A DNA stretch of 64,000 bases from a virus (lineage: Duplodnaviria > Caudoviricetes): IMG/VR virus record IMGVR_UViG_3300035676_000001; one strand, written 5' to 3'. This document shows, in pieces, positions 46,676 to 56,721 of the stretch. The notes beneath the pieces were generated by a model, which saw nothing but the letters and a program-made list of their open reading frames with translations, did no database searches and was not told the origin of the DNA. A program made the position numbers and the translations under genes. The first letter of the stretch is position 1. Every line of letters starts with the position of its first letter.

Positions 46676-48229
46676 TTATGTTAATCCTCCTCCCATAATT
46701 ACAAATGTATTAGATGCAACACAAAGAATAGTAGCAACACCTCTTTGTGCCAGAGTTCTATTTCCAGTTGTTGCAGTCCCAACAAGATACATTGTTACAG
46801 AAGTTCCTTGAGTAATTGTTTGGTTACTTGCGGAATTATTGTATATAGACAATGTATCACCTACACTGAATATGCCAGAGTTAACTGTAACTCCGCCAGT
46901 GGTAATAGATATATGCTTTCCAACATCTGATGCAGCAAGAATGTATGCAGAGGTTTGAGCGTTTTGTGGAACTGCACGAACATTTCCACTAGAATCATTT
47001 ACAGTAGTTGCAGTAGAAACGCCAGAAATATTTACATTACCGACAACGTGAAGTTTTGATGTTGGATTTGTGCTTCCTATGCCTATATTAAAGTTCTCAT
47101 TGCCAACTAACCAATACTTACTATCATTAGCATCAGTTCTTATACCAACTGCAAATTGATTACTTTTAGTGGTGTCTGGAGAGTCAAAATAATTAGCAAG
47201 GTATCCACTACCAATTATAACTTTATAAGATGCTGATGCTGAAATACCATTTCTAGCTCCAATGAAAACATTATTGCTTCCAGTTTGGTTACTAACTCCA
47301 GCAGCAACACCAAAAAAGCTATTAGAACCTCCACTACTATTGTTCTGTCCTGCGGAAAAACCAATGAAGCTATTAGAAGATGCAGTGTTGAAGTATCCCG
47401 ATTGTTGTCCAAGGAAGACATTATTACTTCCAGTTTGGTTGTTAAATCCTGCGTAAAGACCTAAAAAGATATTAGTAGCACCACTACTATTAACGGCTCC
47501 TGCATTAGGACCAATAAAGATATTACTAGTACCACTAGTAATAACAGGACCAGTAGTACTATCGCCAATTCTTATGTTATTAGTTGCACCAAATCCCAAC
47601 ACTCCACTAATCTGAAGTTTCGTTTGTGGATTTGTAACTCCTATACCAATATTATCATTAACAGATAAAGTTCCATAAACAGTTGCACCATATCCAGTAG
47701 TTTCAAATTTTTTTGAGTTATCAAAATAAAGTTCTACTGAACCATTTGTGTTGAATTTTGCTTTATTTTCGGCATATGAAAGGTCTGTAACAATAAGACT
47801 ATTATCACCTGCAATATAAAGGTCTCCAGTTCCAGAATCTGCAATTGCACTAACAGATCCATTGTGTCCAATATATAAGTCGCTAGAATCACCAAAATAG
47901 ATGAAATCGTTATCACCAAGATATACATTGTTTTGGAATGTAGTGACACCAGATACTTGGAGTTGTGTAATCGAACCTATACCACCAATGACATTTGTAG
48001 AAACTCCGGCAGTCAAAGCATAAGTTGCTATGCCTGCAGTTGTAGCATAAGTAGAAATGCCACTTGAGGTTGCATAAGTTGCTATGCCTGCAGTTGTAGC
48101 ATAAGTGGATGATGTTGCATTTCCACTAAAGTTTCCACTAAAAGTTGTGGCGGTCACAATACCACTACTAATAGTAACGCCAGTTCCTACTTCAAGTCCA
48201 TTTTTGACTTTAAAATTTTGATTGGCCAC
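46676..48229 (-). CDS. Tail-fibre protein with YATTAGIAT repeats and autotransporter-head-like repeats
   Basis: GTG start; (S/T)NIF(I/L)G..AG..N repeats. Confidence 0.7.
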   Translation of the reverse strand: MANQNFKVKNGLEVGTGVTISSGIVTATTFSGNFSGNATSSTYATTAGIATYATSSGISTYATTAGIATYALTAGVSTNVIGGIGSITQLQVSGVTTFQNNVYLGDNDFIYFGDSSDLYIGHNGSVSAIADSGTGDLYIAGDNSLIVTDLSYAENKAKFNTNGSVELYFDNSKKFETTGYGATVYGTLSVNDNIGIGVTNPQTKLQISGVLGFGATNNIRIGDSTTGPVITSGTSNIFIGPNAGAVNSSGATNIFLGLYAGFNNQTGSNNVFLGQQSGYFNTASSNSFIGFSAGQNNSSGGSNSFFGVAAGVSNQTGSNNVFIGARNGISASASYKVIIGSGYLANYFDSPDTTKSNQFAVGIRTDANDSKYWLVGNENFNIGIGSTNPTSKLHVVGNVNISGVSTATTVNDSSGNVRAVPQNAQTSAYILAASDVGKHISITTGGVTVNSGIFSVGDTLSIYNNSASNQTITQGTSVTMYLVGTATTGNRTLAQRGVATILCVASNTFVIMGGGLT

Positions 48230-48264
48230 AGGTTCACTTTCCCCCGTTGGTTTTTAGGTATTTA

Positions 48265-51200
48265 TTATGCCTTAATTGCAGTAAACTTAATCTTGTAAGT
48301 CATTGTTGAAGAACTATATGGTGTCGCAAGAAGTCTAATTGCTCCCCCAGATATATCAGTGTCAAATGTAGCGAGAACAGGTCCCGTTGAGATAGTTCCA
48401 TATTCAGTATTATATGCTGTAGTTCCATTGTGAAGAACTAATACTTTTGTCAAATGGTAATTAACACCATTTGTAACTTGAATCATATATTCGATAGAAC
48501 GATAATCAGTTGAAGAAATTGTATGAATGGGTACTTGTGATACTGTTGCCGTCGTAGTTGTAAATGTATAATCATTAATCCAATAAGTTCCATCAAATCC
48601 TAAAACTTCCCCAGCTTGAGGATTTGTAATTACTACGTCAGTTAAATTATCTAGCGATATAGATCCCCCTCCTCCGCTACCAGATCCAGTACTTAATGTG
48701 TTATATGAAACAAATTCAACAATATCATTTTCAAAAGCTGGCGAAACAAGAGTAACATTTGCGCCATTATTGGCAACATATTCACTACTTGTTAATTTTA
48801 CACCATTTACATAGACATCAAGAAATCCGACGTTATAAGCAAAGTTAAATACTGTCTGACCATAAATTGCAGTTGTAATTCCTGTTGTTCTCAATGTTGG
48901 GAATGAATCCCAGGTAACTCCAATACCAGTGGATCTTAGATACTGACCATCGTTTCCTGTCGTATTTCCAGCACTTACATTTCCATAGACTTGGAGATTA
49001 GTAACAGAAGTAATGCCCGAAACTCTAGCATTGCCGACGATTTCTAAATTATATCCTGGGTTAGTTGTTCCTATACCAAAATAATTTGATGATGGAATAT
49101 ATGCAATTTGAGTTGAAGATATTCCAACAGAAGATACTCCAGCATTCGTTGCAAATGTTGGATATACGGTGCTTGATGTTAGTGGTTGACTGATAACATT
49201 AAAAGCATTAACACCAATCAGATTAGATCCATCACCATAATATTTGACTGTTGTAACTCCAGGATTTGAGGAAGTTATAATTCCAGATGGATTAATTTGT
49301 ACTTGACCAATAGTAGTGAATCCTACAACATATAATGATGAAACAGTTGCAAATCCAAGAGTGGAGACTCCAGTTACATTTAATTGTGATACATTTGCGT
49401 TTCCACCATCTACACTTGTTGATACACCAGCAACTCCCGAGTAAGTTGAGACTCCTGCAGTCCAAGCGTAAGTTGCTATACCCGCATTATTGGAGTAATT
49501 GGCGAATGTAGATACACCTGAAGCATTAGCGTATCCAGAGAACGTAGAGAACCCAGAAGTATCAGAGTATCCAGAGAACGTAGATACACCAGAAGCATTA
49601 GCGTATCCAGAGAATGTTGAGAATCCAGATACGTTAGCATATCCAGAGAACGTAGAGAATCCTGCTACGTGAGCATAATTTGCTACACCAAGTAAGTCTC
49701 CAACAAATGTAGGTGCAGTTACAACACCACTAGAGTTAATAGTATTAGTTCTTACAATGTTAAGAGTGCTGATTCCACTAGAATTAATATTCTCTAGTGT
49801 CGAATGATTACTAGTAAGTGTAGTAACAATACCAGTAACTGCATAAAGATTATTTACATTTACATTTGAGAATGATGAATTGGTTACATTCAGGTTTGTA
49901 ATTGTAGAAGTAGTACTATTAAATGTTGCAATTGTGCCTACCCCAGTGATATTCAATCTTTCGGCAGTAAAGGCAGTTACAAATCCAACATTAGAAACAA
50001 TACTATCAACATAAGCATTCGCACTATACAAGTTGGTAATTGTACCAAACCCAGTATAATTTAATCTATTACCACTTAAATCAGTAATAATTCCTGACTG
50101 AGAGAATAAATTATTAGAATGTAGATTACCAATATCAGCACCCGTAAATGTAGCAATACCACTTGAAAGTCTTGAAACCTCAAAAGTATCTGCATTAATT
50201 TGCTTATCAGTAATTTGTACATTACCAACTGCAAGTCTCACATTGTTAGGGACCAGAGTTGAACCAATACCAACAGCATAATTAAACATCCAAGCATCAG
50301 TGGTTCCAACTCCATAAGAGTTTTTAGCAACCCACATTAACTGTTTATAAGTTGCTGGGAGACTACTGAATCCCACAAGAGCAAGGTCTACTAATGGATA
50401 TCCCTCTGTAGAAGCAATTGCAATACCACCATGAGATGCTGTAGTATCAGTTGAAACATCTTGATTTAAAGCATTAGTTGTAATACCAAGAATAATTTCC
50501 TTATCAAGAACTCTTAAGTCTTCGGCAGTAATGACCGATGTAGTTCCACCGATGCTTAAGTTTCCGGCAATATAAACATTATTATAAAATGTTGCTGTTG
50601 CATCATAAACATTAAAATCACTCTGAACATCAAGGCTCTGAATTGTTGCAATACCACTTACAGTTAAATCAGTATTTGTAAGATAATCAATTGTAGCATT
50701 TGTGGTATCTAAAGTTGCAATAGTGCCAACGCCAGTATAGTTAAGTCTTGTACCAGAAATATCAGTTACGACACCTACACTAATATACCCATAATCAGCA
50801 TTCAGATTAGTAAAATCAGAATTAGTTGAAATAATATTAGTGCTATTCAGAGTGGTAATTGTAGCGACACCACTTACATTAAGGAAAGTATTATTCAGAT
50901 TGGTAATTGTACCAATTCCACTGTTTAGAATTGCAGCAGTAGCAACACCAACATTAATATAATCACTAGATAGATTATTGATAGTGGCAGTATCAGTATC
51001 TAATGTTGCAATTGTACCAACACCAGTGTAATTAAGTCTGGTGCCAGAAATATCAGTTACGATACCGACATCAATATTGGCATTATTGGCATTCAGATTA
51101 ATAAAGTCTGAGTTGGTAGATACTAAATTAGTAATTGTACCAACACCAGATACATTCAAATATGGAGTTTCAAGAGTATCATAAACTGTAACACCATAAC

Positions 51201-52449
51201 CTGTGGTCTCAAGTTTCTTAGAGTTTCCATAGTAGAGTCTTACTTCTGCACCATTAATAAATGCAGCATATTGACTACCACCAGTATCTTGTAAGAAGAT
51301 ATTACTTGAAGACCTTAAGAATATATTTCCTAGATTTTCAAATAATACTCCTTCACTACCTACCGAACCAATATATACATTACTTCTTAAATATGCGTCA
51401 CTATCGGCGTTAAGAACTCCGTTGAATGTAGAAACACCAGAAACATTCAGCGTAGACGCCCTTACAATATTCTGAGTGCTGATGCCAGAAACATTCAGAT
51501 TGGTTAGATTAGTCTGAGTGCTATTCAGTGTGGTAATCGTACCAACACCAGTATAATTCAAATTTGTGCCACTGATATTAGTTATAATTCCACTATTAAT
51601 ATAAGCATTGGTAGAATATAATGTAGCGATACTACCAATACCACTGTTCAGAAGATTATTGGTTAGATTATTAATTGTACCAGTTGAACTATCTAAAGTA
51701 GTAATTGTAGCGATACCACTTGAAAGTCTTGTGTTTGTGAGGTCTGTTACGACACCAACATTAATATAACCATTCGATGCATAAAGATTGGTAATCGTGC
51801 TAGTACCAACAACTTCTCTAGTAACATCTAGATTTGTAATTGTACCGATACCAGTATAGTTAAGTCTTGTACCAGAAATATCAGTTACGATACCGACATC
51901 AATATTGGCATTATTGGCATTCAGATTAGTAAAATCAGAATTAATTGAAGTAATATTAGTGCTATTCAGAGTGGTGATTGTGGCAATACCACTCACCATT
52001 CTTAAATTATTAAGATCAAGAATTGTTGCAGTATTGGTGTTAAGAGTCGTAATAGTACCAACACCAGTATAATTCAGTCTTGTTCCTGAAATATCAGTTA
52101 CAATACCTACATCAATATTTCCAAAATTAGCATTTAAATGATCAAAATCATTATTAGTAGAAACAATTGTTGTAGCGTTGATTTGAGTGATGGTGGCAAT
52201 ACCACTCAACATTCTCAAATTATCAATATCAAGAATTGTCGCAGTATTACTATTAAAGGTTGTGATAGTACCAACACCACTTGTTAGTCTAGTATTGGTC
52301 AGATTGACAATAGTGCCAACCCCAGAGTTAATATTTCCGTTAAATGTCGTAGATGTAACTACACCAGTAACTAATACATCTCCAATAACGTGTAGAGAAG
52401 AAGTTGGATTGGTTGTACCTATACCAGTATTAGTCTTAAGTAGTGCCAT
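48265..52449 (-). CDS. Long repeat-rich tail fibre (1394 aa)
   Basis: Repeated GIVTDISGTRLNYTGVGTI units; 36-bp tandem repeat. Confidence 0.75.
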   Translation of the reverse strand: MALLKTNTGIGTTNPTSSLHVIGDVLVTGVVTSTTFNGNINSGVGTIVNLTNTRLTSGVGTITTFNSNTATILDIDNLRMLSGIATITQINATTIVSTNNDFDHLNANFGNIDVGIVTDISGTRLNYTGVGTITTLNTNTATILDLNNLRMVSGIATITTLNSTNITSINSDFTNLNANNANIDVGIVTDISGTRLNYTGIGTITNLDVTREVVGTSTITNLYASNGYINVGVVTDLTNTRLSSGIATITTLDSSTGTINNLTNNLLNSGIGSIATLYSTNAYINSGIITNISGTNLNYTGVGTITTLNSTQTNLTNLNVSGISTQNIVRASTLNVSGVSTFNGVLNADSDAYLRSNVYIGSVGSEGVLFENLGNIFLRSSSNIFLQDTGGSQYAAFINGAEVRLYYGNSKKLETTGYGVTVYDTLETPYLNVSGVGTITNLVSTNSDFINLNANNANIDVGIVTDISGTRLNYTGVGTIATLDTDTATINNLSSDYINVGVATAAILNSGIGTITNLNNTFLNVSGVATITTLNSTNIISTNSDFTNLNADYGYISVGVVTDISGTRLNYTGVGTIATLDTTNATIDYLTNTDLTVSGIATIQSLDVQSDFNVYDATATFYNNVYIAGNLSIGGTTSVITAEDLRVLDKEIILGITTNALNQDVSTDTTASHGGIAIASTEGYPLVDLALVGFSSLPATYKQLMWVAKNSYGVGTTDAWMFNYAVGIGSTLVPNNVRLAVGNVQITDKQINADTFEVSRLSSGIATFTGADIGNLHSNNLFSQSGIITDLSGNRLNYTGFGTITNLYSANAYVDSIVSNVGFVTAFTAERLNITGVGTIATFNSTTSTITNLNVTNSSFSNVNVNNLYAVTGIVTTLTSNHSTLENINSSGISTLNIVRTNTINSSGVVTAPTFVGDLLGVANYAHVAGFSTFSGYANVSGFSTFSGYANASGVSTFSGYSDTSGFSTFSGYANASGVSTFANYSNNAGIATYAWTAGVSTYSGVAGVSTSVDGGNANVSQLNVTGVSTLGFATVSSLYVVGFTTIGQVQINPSGIITSSNPGVTTVKYYGDGSNLIGVNAFNVISQPLTSSTVYPTFATNAGVSSVGISSTQIAYIPSSNYFGIGTTNPGYNLEIVGNARVSGITSVTNLQVYGNVSAGNTTGNDGQYLRSTGIGVTWDSFPTLRTTGITTAIYGQTVFNFAYNVGFLDVYVNGVKLTSSEYVANNGANVTLVSPAFENDIVEFVSYNTLSTGSGSGGGGSISLDNLTDVVITNPQAGEVLGFDGTYWINDYTFTTTTATVSQVPIHTISSTDYRSIEYMIQVTNGVNYHLTKVLVLHNGTTAYNTEYGTISTGPVLATFDTDISGGAIRLLATPYSSSTMTYKIKFTAIKA
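49504..49683. repeat. Five-copy 36-bp in-frame tandem repeat (GFSTFSGYANVS)
   Basis: gaa(c/t)gtaga(g/t)a..ccagaag.att..gtatccaga units. Confidence 0.85.
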
Positions 52450-52498
52450 CTTATTTCTTTATATAAGGTTATTTATTTGCCGCATTATGACTAACAAT

Positions 52499-52750
52499 TT
52501 ATGGATTAGGAGGAGTTACATCACTTACACCAGTTAGTTCATCAAAATAATTATAAACTCTCAAATCTTTATTATTCACAATTCTCATAGGTGCATTGCT
52601 AGTCAATTCGGAAAATATTCCCTCCTTCATTGTATTGGAGTAAAAAACTCCATACTGGTCCACACTCACATTTCTACTTGGCGAAGAAAACTCATCAAAT
52701 AGATTTGTAAAGAGAACACCATCAGAGCGTAATCTAGCTACTGTATTCAT
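52499..52750 (-). CDS. Hypothetical protein
   Basis: 83-aa ORF coupled to the upstream gene. Confidence 0.55.
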   Translation of the reverse strand: MNTVARLRSDGVLFTNLFDEFSSPSRNVSVDQYGVFYSNTMKEGIFSELTSNAPMRIVNNKDLRVYNYFDELTGVSDVTPPNP

Positions 52751-53379
52751 TAGATAAAGATAAAGTCTAGAGAGTTAAGAGCAGCATTATGCTGTATCTC
52801 AAAGCGATTAGAAGAGCCACTTGCCTGAACTCCAACAGTACCAATTACATCTAAGGTCCCTCTTGGATTTGTGGTTCCCACACCAACCGCACCAGAAACA
52901 TAAGCACCACCAGTAACTTGAAGTCTCTGTGATGCTGTTCCCGTTGTTGTACCAGATCCAATGAATACAGGTCCATTATTGAATGTGGAAATACCACTGA
53001 CTTGCAACTGAGAAAATGATGTAGCAGCAGAAACAACACGACCGATTGTTGCAACGCCTGTGATATTGGCATTTCGTACCGTAAGAATACCAGTAAGATT
53101 CGCATTACGGGCAGTTAGTTCATCAAAGACTAAATCATCAGCAACATAAAGATCACCACCAACATAAAGGTCTCCACCAGTGGTCGTAATTCCACCAGCA
53201 GAGGCAAGTGTGGTAACACCTGTTGTTTGTATATCACCAATTACATATAAACTTCTACTTCCAGCATTTGTCGTTCCAATTCCGACTTTTCCAGTAACCT
53301 GTAATACTGTTTTACTTTCAGTACTTGAAGTTACTCCTACGTTTAGTTGTGATTGTCTGCCGGAAAGAAACTTTGACAT
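52750..53379 (-). CDS. Short tail-fibre protein
   Basis: KVGIGTTN, LQVTGGAYVSG repeats. Confidence 0.65.
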   Translation of the reverse strand: MSKFLSGRQSQLNVGVTSSTESKTVLQVTGKVGIGTTNAGSRSLYVIGDIQTTGVTTLASAGGITTTGGDLYVGGDLYVADDLVFDELTARNANLTGILTVRNANITGVATIGRVVSAATSFSQLQVSGISTFNNGPVFIGSGTTTGTASQRLQVTGGAYVSGAVGVGTTNPRGTLDVIGTVGVQASGSSNRFEIQHNAALNSLDFIFI

Positions 53380-53380
53380 T

Positions 53381-53719
53381 TTAGTTAAGTGTTTCTAGAA
53401 CGCTACCAATAAACTTAATATTTGAACTATCTGCCGATAACTGAAGAACATCACCAGATTCAAGAACTAATTTTCCAAATAGCAAATCTGTTGAATCATT
53501 TCCAGGCACTGATAAATCCTTAACAATCTCCGTTGTGACTGCAATTCCTGAGACTGTTCTCTTATGTGAAAAAGAAATTGTATGAGTTGCAGTGTCAATA
53601 TTTGCTGCTTGTGCTAACAGTACAACACCAGAATAACCAGTTGGTGCCGTATAAATTCCAACTGTACTTGCAGTTGCTACTTTAGTAATTGTTTTAAATA
53701 CGTTTAATGGTAAAGCCAT
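53381..53719 (-). CDS. Small beta-sandwich structural protein
   Basis: Paralogue of 42425. Confidence 0.6.
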   Translation of the reverse strand: MALPLNVFKTITKVATASTVGIYTAPTGYSGVVLLAQAANIDTATHTISFSHKRTVSGIAVTTEIVKDLSVPGNDSTDLLFGKLVLESGDVLQLSADSSNIKFIGSVLETLN

Positions 53720-53723
53720 TTTA

Positions 53724-55586
53724 TTAGTCTCCTCCTAATGCTAGAATGAATGGTGTCATTGTTGAGAACAAACTCTTAGAATAGAACGTACCGGAAATAG
53801 TTCCTGTTGTCTGATTAATTGCTACACCCTCACCAATTCTGAAATTACCAGATTGATCTGTGCTTGTGTAAACAACCAGACCGCCATTTTTCATATCAAC
53901 TTCATTGTCCTGAATTGGTACACCACCAGCAAAAGGAAGAGCAGTTGTAATATCTGTTCCTGAACCAATATATTCAAAAGAATGCCCAGAAGCTAAAATT
54001 CTACTTTGTTTAAAGAATGGAATTGAAACACCAGCACCCACAACATATGGCACATTTTCATTTGTTGTAATTGTACAAACACCTGCAGAAATTGGAGTAG
54101 AACTTTGGATCGTATAATATGAAGGCGTTAATTGTATAGTAGCAGTTGCTGTATTTATTCCAACATCTGGAGCACTAATTGTAATCGTTGGAACTGAAGT
54201 ATATCCTCTACCACTTGAAACAATTTCAAAATCAACTACACTTCCATCACTAATTTCCGCAACTGCTTGAGCAGCAACTCCCCAAGTTGAAACTGTACTT
54301 GGATCTTGAATCGTAACTGTTGGAGTGGTAAGATATCCAGTTCCACCAGATCCAACAGTAATTTTTCCAACAGTGTAATATAATGTATCAAAATAAATTA
54401 CTTGTCCGTCAAATGGGCGAATGAGATTTAGTTTTGCAGTTCCACCAGAGTTATAAGTATGAGGTAAAGTAGAAGTTCCAACATTAACACTAAAAGTATA
54501 TGTTGTTGGTGTACTTAATACTGTAAAGACATAACCATTATTTCCACTTGGATATGTTACAATTCCAGGTCCAGAAGGGCAAGTAAAATTAAGACCAGAT
54601 ATTGAAACACCCACACCAACATCGAATCCGTGCTCATTGTCAGTGGTAATCGTTACAATACCAGTCGTATTAGTATACGTTGCATTAGTTACATTAAATG
54701 TTGGATTATTAAATGCTACTCTGAATGTATCAGCATTAACATCACTAGAGGTTGAAAGTATTCCAGTATATTTTCTTTGCCCAACACCATCAGAAACTAA
54801 ACCATAATTACCAAAAGATGAGTTAGAGTTTGTAAGGTCGCAAGCACCACCAGAAGAACAATAAACAGCAATATTTGGACAAATTGTGAACAGAGATACT
54901 AACTGAGCATATCCTTCATTCGTAATTGAAACACCAACTCCAGCACTATTATATTGCGTAAATGAATCAGTAACCATACTCTTGAGTGGTCCAAGAGCGT
55001 GATTGCCATCAATCTTCATTCCAATACTATCGGGAATGAAATTTGTACAGTTTCTAATATAAGGTGATTGATTAAAATATCTTAATGTATCTGGGTCAAA
55101 TGCTACAATTGCACCACCACCAGTTGATGCTCCAGTGAATGAAACTTCAGTAATGTAATTTCCAGGAGCAACGTGAAATAAATCGCCAGGATTTTGTGGG
55201 GTAATTGAAACCTCTCTTAAACTATCACCAACAATACTAACTTGTGGTGGAAGTTTAATAGGATTATTTTCTATATAAGATCCAGCAGCAACTTTAATAA
55301 CTGTTCCTGTTGTTGAGATTGCAACTGCTCCTGCGATTGTTGCTTTGGCGTCTCCAAGTTTGAATCCTGTGTTTGTATCTTTTCCGTCTTTTGTGACATA
55401 TAAAATATTTGTAACTGTTGTACCTGAGCCAATTCTTACTACTTCTGATCCGATACCTACTCTATTTCTTACAGCATAGAGTTCTGCATCATTAAGATTA
55501 TAGGCTAATTCGCCGTATTGTAGGGCTCCTTGTGCTGGTATTTTTCCAGGTACAGCAGAGCGTTTAATCCTAATCGGAGTTCCCAT
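53724..55586 (-). CDS. Virion structural protein with pectin-lyase-like beta-helix
   Basis: ILYVTKDGKDTNTG..ATIAGAV..VIKVAAGSYIENNPI..SIVGDSLR. Confidence 0.65.
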   Translation of the reverse strand: MGTPIRIKRSAVPGKIPAQGALQYGELAYNLNDAELYAVRNRVGIGSEVVRIGSGTTVTNILYVTKDGKDTNTGFKLGDAKATIAGAVAISTTGTVIKVAAGSYIENNPIKLPPQVSIVGDSLREVSITPQNPGDLFHVAPGNYITEVSFTGASTGGGAIVAFDPDTLRYFNQSPYIRNCTNFIPDSIGMKIDGNHALGPLKSMVTDSFTQYNSAGVGVSITNEGYAQLVSLFTICPNIAVYCSSGGACDLTNSNSSFGNYGLVSDGVGQRKYTGILSTSSDVNADTFRVAFNNPTFNVTNATYTNTTGIVTITTDNEHGFDVGVGVSISGLNFTCPSGPGIVTYPSGNNGYVFTVLSTPTTYTFSVNVGTSTLPHTYNSGGTAKLNLIRPFDGQVIYFDTLYYTVGKITVGSGGTGYLTTPTVTIQDPSTVSTWGVAAQAVAEISDGSVVDFEIVSSGRGYTSVPTITISAPDVGINTATATIQLTPSYYTIQSSTPISAGVCTITTNENVPYVVGAGVSIPFFKQSRILASGHSFEYIGSGTDITTALPFAGGVPIQDNEVDMKNGGLVVYTSTDQSGNFRIGEGVAINQTTGTISGTFYSKSLFSTMTPFILALGGD

Positions 55587-55639
55587 TTATAATATGCGGT
55601 ATCTACCAGAAAGCAGTATGTACTGCCTCATATATTTAT

Positions 55640-56017
55640 TCAACTTGCATTATTCCTTCTTGGGCGATAAGCGTAAAGATTTGTAGGTGCTTCTGGTTTC
55701 ATCCAATTTTTAATCTTCTCATAGTTATCATATGAAAAGAAATCCTGATTATAATACCATTCTTCCCAAGGAGTATGTCCCTTAGATTGATTGCAAGAAT
55801 GGCAACAAGCAACTACATTTCTTGTAGTATCAGACCCACCTTTTGATTGAGGAACAATATGGTCTAATGTGAGATTATCTTCAGACTCACAATAGGCACA
55901 TCGGTTTTCCCATTTCTCTCTTATACTTCGCCTCCACATTCGTTTTGCTTCTGCTGAACTTGTCGTCTTAAGATTGAACAAGTATTGCTGAGGCGAAGCG
56001 AAGAGATCCATAAGCAC
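55640..56017 (-). mobile_element. HNH endonuclease (putative homing)
   Basis: CAYC..LTLDHIVPQSKGG..NVVACCHSCNQSK; own late promoter. Confidence 0.85.
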
Positions 56018-56038
56018 TTGCGACTTACGATTATTTAT

Positions 56039-56359
56039 TCATACGACCACAGGTTTCCCTTGACCTTGTGGAAGTTTTTTAACTGGTTGCATCGGTTGCC
56101 TTCCCCTTAGGTTATAAGGATCAATACCTTCTGGAATTGGATCATCCCACTTGCCACCCACAATTTCATTCGTTGGAAGTGCTTTTGGAATCTCAACATC
56201 AATCACAGGACTCATCAGAATCTTATTGCGAGTATAAGTTCGATTCTGTGGATCAAAAGAAACCATAGCAAGAGCATCAAACTCTTCACCACAGTCTAAA
56301 AGTTTTCTTCCAGTCTTGGTCTCAATGACTGAATAATATTCTTCATTATACTTTTTCAT
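56039..56359 (-). CDS. Hypothetical protein
   Basis: YYSVIETKTGRKLLDCGEEFDALAMV. Confidence 0.6.
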   Translation of the reverse strand: MKKYNEEYYSVIETKTGRKLLDCGEEFDALAMVSFDPQNRTYTRNKILMSPVIDVEIPKALPTNEIVGGKWDDPIPEGIDPYNLRGRQPMQPVKKLPQGQGKPVVV

Positions 56360-56468
56360 CTTCTATTTCTTTTTCTTCATTATAAGATGGTTCTGGTTTT
56401 CTGTAAAGACCAGGCCAAGTATCTCTAATAATTTCTGCGAGTTTATATGGAGTTGTGGACGATATCAT
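56346..56468 (-). CDS. 40-aa microprotein (not in ORF track)
   Basis: MISSTTPYKLAEIIRDTWPGLYRKPEPSYNEEKEIEDEKV; overlaps neighbours on both sides. Confidence 0.6.
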   Translation of the reverse strand: MISSTTPYKLAEIIRDTWPGLYRKPEPSYNEEKEIEDEKV

Positions 56469-56539
56469 AAGTCTTGTGTGATGGACAATATAAACATAAA
56501 AATTCCAAAGAGTTGAAAAAGTATGAGTATGAGAAGCAT
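56465..56539 (-). CDS. 24-aa hydrophobic microprotein
   Basis: MLLILILFQLFGIFMFILSITQDL; ATGA coupling to the next ORF. Confidence 0.45.
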   Translation of the reverse strand: MLLILILFQLFGIFMFILSITQDL

Positions 56540-56566
56540 AAAAAAAGGAGTTCTTGTGGAACTCCC
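56540..56566 (-). terminator. Intrinsic terminator after the psbD unit
   Basis: GGAGTTC-CACAA-GAACTCC followed by a T tract. Confidence 0.8.
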
Positions 56567-56586
56567 TTATTTATTTTTATAGGAGA

Positions 56587-56721
56587 TTAAGATCCTCCCT
56601 GTGAATAAACAGGTTGCAAAATTCCTCCATCTTGGTCATCGTCATCATCATGATTCTCAGTGAAAATAACGATAGCAGCGAATACAAAGATAACCAAGTA
56701 TAGAAGGTATTGTGTGGTCAC
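56587..56721 (-). CDS. 44-aa membrane microprotein coupled to psbD
   Basis: GTGA overlap with the psbD stop; [33 protein letters not shown]... Confidence 0.6.
   Translation of the reverse strand: MTTQYLLYLVIFVFAAIVIFTENHDDDDDQDGGILQPVYSQGGS

Noticed and set aside
49504-49683. 36-bp periodic array resembling CRISPR spacing
   Set aside because: Contiguous in-frame coding repeats without unique spacers; no leader or cas genes
20665-55586. Possible diversity-generating retroelement or shufflon acting on the fibre array
   Set aside because: No reverse transcriptase or invertase in the window. Repeats are direct rather than inverted. Mismatches in the 133-bp pair are mostly synonymous third positions, not adenine-specific TR/VR differences
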